A stretch of DNA of 64,000 bases from Ignavibacteriota bacterium. GTDB taxonomy: Bacteria > Bacteroidota > Ignavibacteria > UBA10030 > CAVZMI01. This document shows, one piece after another, positions 22,663 through 32,674 of the stretch. The first letter of the stretch is position 1, and each line of letters begins with the position of its first letter. The DNA lies in assembly GCA_963776275.1 (NCBI GenBank), contig CAVZMI010000023.1, forward strand, positions 192,001-256,000. Reading direction: 5' to 3'. The notes under the pieces were generated by a model, which saw only the letters and a list, made by a program, of their open reading frames with translations, was not told where the DNA came from and ran no database searches. The position numbers and the translations under genes were made by a program.

Positions 22663-23330
22663 TGTTACAAAACTTACAGGGAATTGATCTTTTTTCTCCG
22701 ACAATCGTCCAAATTATTATCAGTCTCGGTGTCAGTCTGCTCTGTAGTCTCGTAGTATCTCTTGTGTACCGTTTTACGTACCGTGGGCCAGGATATTCGA
22801 ATAGTTTCGTTCTTTCCATTATATATCTTTCTCTTATTGTTTGTCTTGTCATTATGGTAATAGGAAATAATCTTGCTAGAGCCTTCGGGCTGGTCGGTGC
22901 ACTATCTATCATACGTTTCCGGACCGCCGTGAAAGATACAATCGATATCGTTTATATTTTTTTCGGACTTGCCGTTGGTATGGCGGCGGGGGTCGGATAT
23001 CATAGGGTCGCATTTGTCGGCACCGCGGTGATAGCCTTGGTATTAATAGTTTTTTCTAAAATGAATATTAATATATTCAAAGGCGAACAATTTTTACTCC
23101 AAATTCAGTACGCCGACGATGATATGACGCCTGTGAAAGAAATTATGCACAATTATTGCTCGAAATACGAATTAATCAATGTAAAAAGCTCGGCAGGTGA
23201 TGCTCCGCGGGAATTCTCGTATTACATAAACCTGAAGAGAAAAAAGGATTTTCTGGATTTTGTAAAGGAAATAAGAGGTGTAAAAGCAGTTCTAAATTTA
23301 AATCTCTTTAGAGACGAAGAACATATTTAG
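22662..23330 (+). CDS. DUF4956 membrane protein
   Basis: VIMVIGNNLARAFGLVGALSIIRFRTAVKD. Translationally coupled to the VTC gene. Confidence 0.88.
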   Translation: MLQNLQGIDLFSPTIVQIIISLGVSLLCSLVVSLVYRFTYRGPGYSNSFVLSIIYLSLIVCLVIMVIGNNLARAFGLVGALSIIRFRTAVKDTIDIVYIFFGLAVGMAAGVGYHRVAFVGTAVIALVLIVFSKMNINIFKGEQFLLQIQYADDDMTPVKEIMHNYCSKYELINVKSSAGDAPREFSYYINLKRKKDFLDFVKEIRGVKAVLNLNLFRDEEHI

Positions 23331-23367
23331 AATGTATTATCCCACATTGCCGCTGTCTTGTATTGTC

Positions 23368-24138
23368 CTACGCAGTTATTATTCCATATATTCTTTTCAA
23401 ACTATCGACTGTATAATCCGGCCTTATGTTTCCTGAGTCGCCGTTAATTCTATTTATCCAAATTGTTTTTATTCCTATATCTTGTGCTCCTTTGATATCT
23501 GAATTTAAATTGTTTCCGACCATGATAGAATTCCTTTTTTCGGCTTTTAGGCCGTCCAAAACAGCTTGGAATAATCTTGCGTCCGGCTTGCCATAACCGT
23601 ATTCTCCTGATATTGCTATACAATCAAAATAGTTTTCTATATTACCGCCATGTATTTTTTTCCACTGTAAATCAGGTGCTCCATTTGTAATTAATCCTAG
23701 CTTATAATGTTGTTTTAATATATCTAAAGTTTCTTTTGCGTCAGGATAAAGCTCATGTTTAGTATTTCGTATTCTCTTGAAATCATTGCTTAATTTAAAG
23801 GCAATATCCGGATTGTTAATATTTAATTTAATTAGCGTTTTATTCCATGTTTCGAATCTATAATATTCTGCAAGGTCCTGTAACTTTTTAAAGTGGTCAT
23901 CGTTCCCGGTGAAATCAGCCCATAATGCCTCCCACGAACTAATCCCGATTTTTAAACAATAATCAATGGTAGGCAACTTATACCAAAGCTCTTTGGCTTG
24001 TTCTCTAATACACTTGAGAAATTCTCCGGTATCTATGTCATAATCTATCTGGCTGACTGTTTCAATGAAGGATTCTTCAGCCGATTTCAATTCAACAATT
24101 AATGTATCATCCAAATCGAATAAAATAGAATTTATCAT
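23368..24138 (-). CDS. HAD-family hydrolase
   Basis: FDLDDTL, LITNG, GKPD, MVGNN.NSDI.GA. Confidence 0.88.
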   Translation of the reverse strand: MINSILFDLDDTLIVELKSAEESFIETVSQIDYDIDTGEFLKCIREQAKELWYKLPTIDYCLKIGISSWEALWADFTGNDDHFKKLQDLAEYYRFETWNKTLIKLNINNPDIAFKLSNDFKRIRNTKHELYPDAKETLDILKQHYKLGLITNGAPDLQWKKIHGGNIENYFDCIAISGEYGYGKPDARLFQAVLDGLKAEKRNSIMVGNNLNSDIKGAQDIGIKTIWINRINGDSGNIRPDYTVDSLKRIYGIITA

Positions 24139-24301
24139 GTTAATTTGCGTATTTTGTTATGCCGCTAAATATGTGTGCAAAGTGTGCAGCGGTCCTGTGA
24201 ATTCAGAATATGTTTTATCTATGACACGGCTGCTGCATTTTATTATCAGATGTGTCTTCAAGAAATTCTTTAGCGAATTGAGGATGCAATTGAATATCGA
24301 A

Positions 24302-24730
24302 CTATTCTCTCGTTAATATTACTTCTAGTACTAATTCGTGCCCTCCTTTAATGGCAGTATTTTGCATTTTTAAAACGACTCTATCCGGACTCTCTTTTGC
24401 AAAAGTTTGCACCAGCAAAGTGTCGTGCCAGTTCATGGCCAGGGTTTCATCGTCAACAAAATTGCAGGTTGCCGTCAAAAAGGCACCGGAATTCTCGAAC
24501 CACCAATATCTGTACACCTTAGCCCTGTCATCCCACGCAAAAATGCCGTGCGCCTCACCACCTGATTTTGTCGAATAATCAAAGAAGACGTATTTGTCAT
24601 CTAGCCCTCTTTTGAACGATCCGGTACCAGAGTCCGACCCGGCTTCACTGAATGTGCTCTTTGGTATTCGATACTCCAAATTCCAATTTCCCAGGAGGAA
24701 TTCGAATTTTTTCATAGCTTCTGTGTGCAT
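24302..24730 (-). CDS. Hypothetical protein (DUF1579-like beta barrel)
   Basis: MKKFEFLLGNW...WD...YRYWWF and a GAGG RBS. Confidence 0.6.
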   Translation of the reverse strand: MHTEAMKKFEFLLGNWNLEYRIPKSTFSEAGSDSGTGSFKRGLDDKYVFFDYSTKSGGEAHGIFAWDDRAKVYRYWWFENSGAFLTATCNFVDDETLAMNWHDTLLVQTFAKESPDRVVLKMQNTAIKGGHELVLEVILTRE

Positions 24731-24744
24731 ATCGAACCTCGTTA

Positions 24745-24854
24745 TAATAACGTTTTGGAATAATCCTTGCTAAGCAGAGACCCTGTCGCACGATCAAGAC
24801 CCACTCGATCGGCCGAAGGGAATCGGGAGAGTGTCATTGCTTTTATTGTTAAAC
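24745..24854 (-). repeat. Degenerate cassette recombination site
   Basis: ATAAC-GTTT ... GAGAGTGTC ... T-GTTAAAC lies just 3' of a gene, but the stems pair poorly. Confidence 0.35.
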
Positions 24855-24887
24855 GCAGCGCAGCTAAATAGTGGTGAATATCCGAAC

Positions 24888-25610
24888 CTATGTTTTTAAG
24901 AGTAGAAGAGTAATACCCGCCCGCATTGATGGCCATAAGTTGACAAGTTTCATAATCGGGTTGTCATCCGACCAGTAGGAACAGTATTCTTTAAACCATA
25001 TCTTGAATCCGGCATCTGTTGCGTAGTTTTCCAATTCTCTCATAGTATATTCACGAAAATGGCCGGGGTTCGACCGGTCTACTCGGATCAATTCAAAAGG
25101 ATTATAACCACAAAGGAGACGAATTCGCTTTGAAAATGATGCTGCATTAGGAGTCTGTATTAAAATGCCGGCTCCTGGTTCTTTTTTCAATAATTTATAA
25201 AATAAAGTTAAAATTACCTTGGGTGAAGTGTAAAGATGTTCGATAGTTTCTGAAAATGTGATCAAATCGAAGTCTTTATAAATAAATTTATGTTCTGCCG
25301 ATTCGCATTCATTGAGATCCAATTGTATATGCTGAATAGTTAGCTCCGGAGGGACTAATCGTTCATTCTTGAATCCTAACGTTGAGATTTCTGGCTCAGG
25401 TTTTAAAAGATGTTTCAAGCAATATGTGAGGAAATGGGGTCCAACATCCAATATTTTTCTTGATTGATGTTGGTCGATAAATCGTTGAACCAGTCCTGTT
25501 GTATAGGCTAATCTTCGAGAATGGTAACGCAAGTAATAGATCTCTTCTTCAGCTAACTTTTTATTTTTGAACAGATCGAGAATATCTTCCACTGTAATTG
25601 TTTTCTGCAT
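24888..25610 (-). CDS. Class I SAM-dependent methyltransferase
   Basis: ILDVGP, FDLITFSETIEHL, IQTPN, HFREYT. The probable start is MQKT. Confidence 0.8.
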   Translation of the reverse strand: MQKTITVEDILDLFKNKKLAEEEIYYLRYHSRRLAYTTGLVQRFIDQHQSRKILDVGPHFLTYCLKHLLKPEPEISTLGFKNERLVPPELTIQHIQLDLNECESAEHKFIYKDFDLITFSETIEHLYTSPKVILTLFYKLLKKEPGAGILIQTPNAASFSKRIRLLCGYNPFELIRVDRSNPGHFREYTMRELENYATDAGFKIWFKEYCSYWSDDNPIMKLVNLWPSMRAGITLLLLKT

Positions 25611-25772
25611 AATGTCATCTCTTTTTGTGGTGCTTTTGTATTCACCCGCAAATGGGCGAATTACTAAAACCGTTGGCACGACGCACGACGTTCATAATAG
25701 CAAAGCAGCCCAGACACAGTGGTAGGAGAGAACGTTGTTGTTAACCGCAGGTCTGTGTACTACAACACTTTT

Positions 25773-26270
25773 TTACTTGTTGGCATTTTCCTCAGTCGGT
25801 TTCCAGGGTCTCAATCTCGGAATCCATCTTGGGACATTCCGTTTGTATTCAAGATATTCTTCACCAAATCTTCTTATTAACCCGGGCTCTTCTGAGAACA
25901 TAAAGTAAATACTATTGATGATAAAAAAAATAATAAACCAGATGAATATTGTGGTTGAGTGAAATATCGACGATTCTCCGAGTAGGGTAGTTAATACACC
26001 GGTGATCATTGGATTTCGAACATAAGAATAAAAACCGGTGACAACGAGTTTCTTTGTTGGGTTCCAGGGTGCCAGCGTCCCTTTGCCAACGCGTACAAAC
26101 ATCGATATTGTGATGGCAAGAATAACCATTCCGCCGGCAACTAATATCAGTCCTATGACAGACAGAATATCGGTCATGATAGTAAAATTACTCTCAATTG
26201 CAAGCGGCACGACTACGAGAACAATAAAAGGTAGTACAAATGAAAGTAGCTGCTTCGAAATAGTATTCAT
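25773..26270 (-). CDS. Isoprenylcysteine carboxylmethyltransferase / PEMT family protein
   Basis: GKGTLAPWNPT..LVVTGFYSYVRNPM, EE..L.RRFGEEY.EYKRNVPRW. Confidence 0.85.
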   Translation of the reverse strand: MNTISKQLLSFVLPFIVLVVVPLAIESNFTIMTDILSVIGLILVAGGMVILAITISMFVRVGKGTLAPWNPTKKLVVTGFYSYVRNPMITGVLTTLLGESSIFHSTTIFIWFIIFFIINSIYFMFSEEPGLIRRFGEEYLEYKRNVPRWIPRLRPWKPTEENANK

Positions 26271-26347
26271 TTTAATCAATTTTTCGTGGCGTGGCGGGGT
26301 AAGCAACGCGATGTTATTCCGGTTTATACATTGCCACCATTTTCTCT

Positions 26348-26477
26348 AGATAACGTTTAACTATCTATACAGGCGGGCATTTTCATATACTATATTATCA
26401 AGTTGTACCTTTTTCCAATATTGGTAACTCCTTTCACTTCTGCACTTTCAGCCCGTTTGGATCTATAGCATAATGGG
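26348..26477 (-). repeat. Degenerate cassette recombination site
   Basis: AGATAAC-GTTT, partial stems (AGGCGGGC/GCCCGTTT), right core decayed. Ends 8 bp from the serine hydrolase stop. Confidence 0.45.
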
Positions 26478-26484
26478 CTTAAAT

Positions 26485-28497
26485 TCAATTTAGGACCTTT
26501 TTAAATCTGATATTCCTAACTCTTTCATTTGTTATCCTAAATCCATTTATTTCCATGTTGCTCGATGTGTCAAATTCTACCGAAGAAAAATACCATCTGT
26601 TTCCTTTATATAAATTATTTTTGATATATTTCAACGTGATTTCACCATTAATATTGTGTAGTGCTACCAGAGTGTTTCCAGATTGATATATCGTATAATA
26701 AGTATCCAATTCTTCACTATAGTATTTTCCTTCATAGGTTTTAAAATATTCAGATTTTTCCGGAATATTTTCAACTTTTTTACTTACATGCTCTTCACCC
26801 TTGTTATTGGATTTCATTTTTATCACTCGACTGGATGTATCTCTTAAAAAAGAAATTATGACATCTGCTTCTTTGATAAAAAAAACAGAATCTGATAAAG
26901 CATATAGCTCTGCTTTATCAAAACCAGACGTTTGAATAAATAAACCATTCCATTCCCTGATAATATTTGTAGTAATCCCTGAATCATCCAGATATCTGCC
27001 TTCTATATCCAATAAAATTTTGTTACTCACTTTAACAGGTTTGTAAGGATTCCTGTAATCAGAATATGCAGGATCAGTTTTAGTAAAATGATCATTTAAA
27101 AATATATCGGCAATTTGTCTTGCCCGCCTGTGTACTCCTCCATATATAAAATTGCTGAGAACAATGGCCCCAAATTTATATTTAGGGAAATGCACTATCT
27201 GGGCAGTATAACCATATCCGCCGCCACCATGCCAGTAATATTTCAATCCCTTGTAATTCCCTTGCACACGTCCAAAAGTATAAAACTCTGAACTGTCCTT
27301 GTTCATGGACATTTTGATTTTTTCTAGCCTGGAAATTAGTCGTGAGTTGCCCACCTTCGGATAATCAAAATTGATTAACCATTTACACATATCCTCTACA
27401 GTTGAAAAAACATTGCCTGCTCCAACATACCAGGTTTTAAATAATTGTTCTTTTTTATAGTTTCTGTCGTTATCAAGTGTATATGACCATGCAAAGTCAT
27501 TTATAAAATTATCCGGATCATGATAAAAATAAGTATCATTCATTCCCAGCGGCTTGAAAATATTCTCTGTCATCCATTCGATAAATGGTTTGTTTGTAAT
27601 CCTTTCGATAATCTCCGCAAGCAGTAAATAACCTGTATTACAGTAAAGATATTCACTACCAGGCTTAAAATTAAGTTCCTTTTGTCGATATATTAAATTC
27701 ATAATATCTTCTTTAGAAAGAGAACCGGTATTCTTTTTCCCCGATATTTCAAGAATATCCGTAATATCGCGTAATCCGCTCGAATGATTGAGTAAATTTT
27801 GAATGGTTATTTTGCCTCCGAAATCATGAAGCTCCGGTAAATATTTTCGAATATCATCATTAATTGATATTTTGCCTTTTTGTTCTAATAATGCTATTGC
27901 AAAGGCAGTAAATTGTTTTCCAATAGAACAAACATTTAATCTTGTTGATGGTTTGATCGGTGTTTTGTTGTCAAAATCTGAAATCCCCGATCCATTTTTA
28001 TAAATGATTTTTCCATCCTGTACTATCGCAACAGCTGCTCCAGGTCTGTAATCATTATCGAATTCCGCAAATAATTGATCAACCAGTTCTTCTTTTGAGT
28101 TATTTGTGATGATGTTTTTCTCTAATACGATGCTATATTTACCGGTTGCTGCCATTGGATTAAATGGTTGTACCAGAATTCTGTAAATACCTGCCTGCTT
28201 AGTCGTAAATGAAATGAATTCAGGACCACTTTTTATATCGTCAATTTCTTGAATTATATTGTTTTGTGGATCAGTTACCTTAACAAGTACATCAATACCC
28301 ATTTGAAATAAACTGGCAAATATAAATCTGTCTTTTTCAAGTTTGGCAAAAAATGTATCTATTTGACCGCCAGATAATTCTTTAATGATACTTTTATTCG
28401 GAAGTAAAATTTCATTTCGAGACTCATCATCATTATTATGATGACAGTTAACCATTAATAAGAATATAAAACAGAGAAAAAATAATATTCTTTTCAT
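26485..28497 (-). CDS. Serine hydrolase (beta-lactamase/AmpC fold family) lipoprotein
   Basis: SxxK (SIGK), LLNHSSG, YCN, HGG. Confidence 0.82.
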   Translation of the reverse strand: MKRILFFLCFIFLLMVNCHHNNDDESRNEILLPNKSIIKELSGGQIDTFFAKLEKDRFIFASLFQMGIDVLVKVTDPQNNIIQEIDDIKSGPEFISFTTKQAGIYRILVQPFNPMAATGKYSIVLEKNIITNNSKEELVDQLFAEFDNDYRPGAAVAIVQDGKIIYKNGSGISDFDNKTPIKPSTRLNVCSIGKQFTAFAIALLEQKGKISINDDIRKYLPELHDFGGKITIQNLLNHSSGLRDITDILEISGKKNTGSLSKEDIMNLIYRQKELNFKPGSEYLYCNTGYLLLAEIIERITNKPFIEWMTENIFKPLGMNDTYFYHDPDNFINDFAWSYTLDNDRNYKKEQLFKTWYVGAGNVFSTVEDMCKWLINFDYPKVGNSRLISRLEKIKMSMNKDSSEFYTFGRVQGNYKGLKYYWHGGGGYGYTAQIVHFPKYKFGAIVLSNFIYGGVHRRARQIADIFLNDHFTKTDPAYSDYRNPYKPVKVSNKILLDIEGRYLDDSGITTNIIREWNGLFIQTSGFDKAELYALSDSVFFIKEADVIISFLRDTSSRVIKMKSNNKGEEHVSKKVENIPEKSEYFKTYEGKYYSEELDTYYTIYQSGNTLVALHNINGEITLKYIKNNLYKGNRWYFSSVEFDTSSNMEINGFRITNERVRNIRFKKVLN

Positions 28498-28527
28498 TTA
28501 GTTTATTCTTTATTGTAAAATTTTACC

Positions 28528-28658
28528 AAATAACGATTGCACAAACCACGCCTTTGAGCGAGCCGCTATCAAAAGAGTCATTCAATGCGGCGAGCGAAGT
28601 GGAACGAGCACTATAATCCATTTCAAAAGAGCGAGTGTCGTGGTTTGTGCTATTATGC
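28528..28658 (-). repeat. Cassette recombination site (attC-like)
   Basis: AAATAAC-GATT-GCACAAACCACG ... CGTGGTTTGTGC-T-ATTATGC. Confidence 0.8.
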
Positions 28659-28692
28659 GTTCGTGGCCGTCCGTGTCTAATTAGTTGTAGAT

Positions 28693-29085
28693 TCATGGAT
28701 TAGAGCTCAACTTGGCCGTGATGTTCGCCTCAAGAAACATCTTCGCATAGGTGTCATTGTAAAAAGTGATCCGTACGTTGTACGAACCGATGGGACGAAT
28801 CTTTACAGGCACACCGACTCGGGCATGGCTGCTGTTTTTGGACGGCCACACGATATGTCGATAGTACTGGGAGACGATTATCGGCAATAAGAATGTCGTT
28901 GCGAGCATCCAGAATCCGATAAATAACAGTGTGCTGAATTCAGCGGTCTTTGCCGAGTTTCGAAATACCATAATTATTAGTACCAACACAAGAATAACAG
29001 CAGCCATCGCAATAGCTGCCTGAAGAAATCCCGTCTTGCTGTCATGTGCTCTACAAGTCGAACATAGTGGAGCTTTAGTCGTCAC
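28693..29085 (-). CDS. Hypothetical two-TM protein (cassette; 5' end possibly damaged)
   Basis: CxxC followed by two TM helices, located between sites. Confidence 0.5.
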   Translation of the reverse strand: MTTKAPLCSTCRAHDSKTGFLQAAIAMAAVILVLVLIIMVFRNSAKTAEFSTLLFIGFWMLATTFLLPIIVSQYYRHIVWPSKNSSHARVGVPVKIRPIGSYNVRITFYNDTYAKMFLEANITAKLSSNP

Positions 29086-29224
29086 CGAGGTGCCCGGACC
29101 TAACAGTTTTCATGATTGTTTAGTCCTTTCGGTTGTGTCTGGCTGCGGATTACGGCAGTCGCGATGAATCAGGCCGTATATCAGTGCTTTGGTTTATTGT
29201 GTCTGTGGCGAAGCCCGGAGCCGC

Positions 29225-29270
29225 CGAACAGGCGGCGGAGCGTCTACGCTCTGTTGTGCGAAGTTCCGAG
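29225..29270 (-). repeat. Remnant right half of a cassette site
   Basis: T-GTTGTGCGAAGTTCCGAG pairs with the cassette start TTCGGAATTTCGCCCAAC at 29921-29938. Confidence 0.6.
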
Positions 29271-29326
29271 TCCTGCCCGAGATAGACTTTTAATTACTGG
29301 GGCTATTACAGATAAATTCATTACAA

Positions 29327-29899
29327 TCATTCTGCTAAAGGAATTTCATTAATAATTGTTTTAAGAATATTTGCTTTGCTTTTCATATCGCTCTGTTTGA
29401 TCTTGTCAGTTTTAATTATTTTTGTCGCTTTTTCTATTGAGTTCGCTAATGCCGTTAAATCATGAAAAATTGCTGCTTTACAGAAAAAGCTTCTCGATCT
29501 TCCATCATCAAATTTACCTATCATTGTTTCAAGTAATTTGATGCGTTTTTTCTGTTGCTCTATAAATTTTTTGATTCCATGTTCTTTTATAAAATACAAA
29601 TTCGGCAAAACTTTTTTACATGATGGGTACGAAGAAGACTCCTTTACTTGCTTATATTCTTCAGCACTTTTAAATTTTGCACAAGGGAAATCTGAACATT
29701 CTGAACAAACTTCAAGATTTTTTTTCTTGACGCAACAGGTTATGAAGGAACATGATGGACGTTTATTGAAGAAATTAGGGCCACCACATCCAGGACATCT
29801 TGAAGTCCCTACAGTATAGTATCTAGGGCATAGACCACAATCAAGGCCACATACACCAATTGTTGGGTATTTTTTCAAAATAGAGCTTGATTTTCCCAT
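29327..29899 (-). CDS. DUF3795-type Cys-rich protein (cassette)
   Basis: CGLDCGLCP, CPGC, CSFITCC, CSECSDFPC, FDDGRSRSFFC. Confidence 0.8.
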   Translation of the reverse strand: MGKSSSILKKYPTIGVCGLDCGLCPRYYTVGTSRCPGCGGPNFFNKRPSCSFITCCVKKKNLEVCSECSDFPCAKFKSAEEYKQVKESSSYPSCKKVLPNLYFIKEHGIKKFIEQQKKRIKLLETMIGKFDDGRSRSFFCKAAIFHDLTALANSIEKATKIIKTDKIKQSDMKSKANILKTIINEIPLAE

Positions 29900-29931
29900 G
29901 ATTATACCTCCTTTAATCCGTTCGGAATTTC

Positions 29932-30184
29932 GCCCAACGTCTAGGCAAACCGCCGTCCTACCCCGATACTATAATAATCAATTCATCTGTGTCGGGGTAG
30001 GGTGGAGCGAGCACTTTACATTTCGCCAACCTTTGTTTTCTCATCGCCTATCCAGTGTGCGCCTGCTCGCCTCGCTCTGCCGAGTATCTCGAGGCGGAGC
30101 GGGTCCGCCATGCTTTATCTTTTGGCGGAAGCGTTTACCCGCCATGTTTCATCTTCTGGCGGGCCGGTTTGCCGTTTGTTAGGC
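29932..30184 (-). repeat. Cassette recombination site, expanded by extra hairpins
   Basis: GCCCAAC-GTCT-AGGCAAACCG ... CGGTTTGCC-GTT-T-GTTAGGC. Confidence 0.75.
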
Positions 30185-30253
30185 GCAGGCAAAGTTCAAT
30201 ATCGATCGCGTTTTGCGGCACAATCGGATGGTGCCTAGTGGTTTGTCGAAACC

Positions 30254-30712
30254 TCAGCTGCCGATGGTAAGCGCGGTTGCTGGTTTCCACCTCCATGCAT
30301 ACCAGACGATTAGCGAAGTACACACAATCTCGATAGTTGCAAAGAATATGTAATAGAGAGCTGGCCTCGTTCCTCCAACAAACGCCGACAACATAACAGC
30401 CGCAGTGTGTAATACACCTATGACAATGTTTGTCCAGCGATTTGCTCTGTACTCCAATACGCGGGAGAGGAGAACCATGGCAATCGCAGTCTCTATGAGT
30501 ATTGCGGATCCCAACAAGAATCCTTGAGTGATATGAAGAGACCCTACATACCCTGTCATTATTTCCTTTAGTGTCGTAGGATCAATTAATGAATGGATAT
30601 CCGCATAAGCATAATTGAACAGTGCAAATATCCATAGTGTTGAGAGTCTTACCTTCATTTCATTCATTTCGTTGGCCTTTCGTGTTGATGAATCTGCAGA
30701 GTGGTTTGTCAT
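30254..30712 (-). CDS. Membrane protein, DUF6326-like (cassette)
   Basis: LSTLWIF.LFNYAYADI...MVLLSRVL..RANRWTNI...YIFFATIE. Confidence 0.75.
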   Translation of the reverse strand: MTNHSADSSTRKANEMNEMKVRLSTLWIFALFNYAYADIHSLIDPTTLKEIMTGYVGSLHITQGFLLGSAILIETAIAMVLLSRVLEYRANRWTNIVIGVLHTAAVMLSAFVGGTRPALYYIFFATIEIVCTSLIVWYAWRWKPATALTIGS

Positions 30713-30830
30713 GTGAATACCTTCAAGGGATTCGGTATAGGGCCACCAGACTATTGCTTATATGGTCTCCACATGACCTAGCCGCAATAGATGTGCCGCA
30801 AAACGCCTTAAGGAATGAATCTTTGCTTGC

Positions 30831-30933
30831 GCATAACGTCCGCAACAAAAATGCCGTCCCGTTTGCCGCTATGATCGACCAATTCCGTTTGCGGCAAACG
30901 GGATGGTTCATTTTACATTTTTGTTGCTGATAT
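30831..30933 (-). repeat. Cassette recombination site split by IS110 (continues at 32567)
   Basis: GCATAAC-GTCC-GCAACAAAAATG ... CATTTTTGTTGC-T-G|ATAT. The remainder ATATGCGGCG follows the IS. Confidence 0.8.
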
Positions 30934-32570
30934 TTTCTAAAAGGTGCCCCTAAGAGTCAAGAGAAATGAGTATTATATAAGCGCAAACAAACACAACACT
31001 CATTCACTTGAGCCAAAGGCTCATCAGCCTACGGCTGAGACTCAAAGGAGGCCATATGTATTACACCGGAGTTGATCTTCATCGCCGTCTCATCGTTCTG
31101 TGCACAGTTGATGAGAGTGGAACAATAGTAGCGCGAGCTCGTATGCGAACAGAACCTGAAAAGATTATTGGCTATTTCTCTCAATGGGCCGCTCCGCAAA
31201 AGGCTGTTGTTGAATGTACAGGGAGTTGGTATTGGTTCTGTGATCTACTCCGCACAAACGGAATTAAAATTCTACTGGCTCACGCAAAATACCTCAAAGC
31301 TATATCATATGCAAAAGTGAAAACCGATGCAGTCGATGCGCAAACGTTGGCACAGTTATTACGCATGGGGTATATTCCCGAAGCTCACCAGCTTTCACCC
31401 GAATATCGTTCTATGCGTGATCTTCTCAGACAACGAATGGTGATGGAACATAAACGGACGAACATGATACAACGCATCGCAAGCATCCTGGCTCAGTTCA
31501 ACATCACCAGCTATCCCGTTGCCCCGTATCAATCTGGATTTGCTGATTTTCTTAACGAATGCCCCATACCGGCAGAATATCGAATGACACTATTGATGTA
31601 CCACCAGCAATGTCTCCAGGCAACCGAACACAGAAAACAGTTAGAAAAATACTTTAAAACGAAACTACGCCCCACACCGGTTGTTCAGCTCCTGATGTCC
31701 ATCCCCGGCATCGGAGATATCACCGGTTCAATCATTGCAATGGAAACAGGGGATATCAATCGCTTTGCTGATGCCAAGCATTATTGCTCGTACTGTCGAC
31801 TCGTACCCGGAGCAAAAGACTCAGGTGGTAAACATAGCCATCGTTCGGGCTCAAAAGATGGCAACCAGTATCTCAAGTATGCCTTCACCGAAGCTGCCAT
31901 CTCCGCCTGAGGCGGATGCGCCTCTGGCGCAAAAGCGATGATGTATTATCCCGAGATCAAGCACTTCGCGACTCAACTGGAACGACGATCTACAAAAAGA
32001 ATCGCACGAACGGTTGTTGCCAAAGAACTGGCGAAGATCACATATCACGTTCTACATCGAAAACAAGAATTTATAACATTTAAGGGCATAGAGATCGACA
32101 AATTACGTGACTGGCCTTCCCGACCCTGTCGGGAGAAGCCCGTGCGCATAACAGGAGAAGAGGTATATTCTCCTCACGCTTGATTGGGATCCGGGAGTGT
32201 CGCCGATGAAATATCCGGGATGTGTTGTTGATCCGTGTTGAAGCCAAAGCCCGTTAAACCTGTCCTGAGCTTGCCGAAGGAGTGTTTGGGACGCCGGTCC
32301 TTGATCGTGTCTGATCCCTTACCCAGGGATATTTGCTCGGCGCTATGTCAATACTCAGACCTCTGTTGTCAATGAACAATATCAATCGTTGTTCTCACAA
32401 CGATATAGGAATACTTTTTTCTCTTGTGAAGTTCCGACGTACTTTGTCGGAACGACATCCCGCCGTTCTCGTCTATCCTGAGCGAGTCCCGCCTTATGCG
32501 GGACGAGTCGAAGGATGGCGGGGACTTTGCTTGCCCCGCGTTCTTTGCGGGGCCTTTTATAAAGTAATAT
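30930..32570 (+). mobile_element. IS110-family element (IS1111-like)
   Basis: ATAT at both junctions, subterminal imperfect IRs (TTTCTAAAAGG / CCTTTTATAAA), and a non-coding region of about 380 bp downstream of the transposase. Confidence 0.82.
31056..32183 (+). pseudogene. IS110-family DEDD transposase interrupted by a 30-bp in-frame insertion carrying TGA
   Basis: GVDLH, VVEC, KTDAVDA, SIPGIG, SGGK, GNQYLK. AAGGAGG RBS. ORFs 31008-31910 and 31938-32183 are in the same frame. Confidence 0.88.
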
Positions 32571-32674
32571 GCGGCGTGCCCTGACCAGTATTCTCAAATG
32601 AGCGAGTGCAGACCCAGCCCACGGGCGGTGCAGACATGAGGTCGAAGAAAGCTGGTCGCTCGAGTAATCAAAGA

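Noticed and set aside
26485-28497. Antibiotic-resistance beta-lactamase cassette
   Set aside because: The motifs show only membership of the broad serine hydrolase family. The multi-domain 670-aa form is not a recognisable clinical enzyme.
31908-31910. TGA recoding (selenocysteine or alternative code) in the IS110 and CMD genes
   Set aside because: The IS110 TGA is the loop of an inserted hairpin. The CMD TGA appears to replace a Gly codon. TGA is used as a normal stop elsewhere, e.g. in ldh and gltD.
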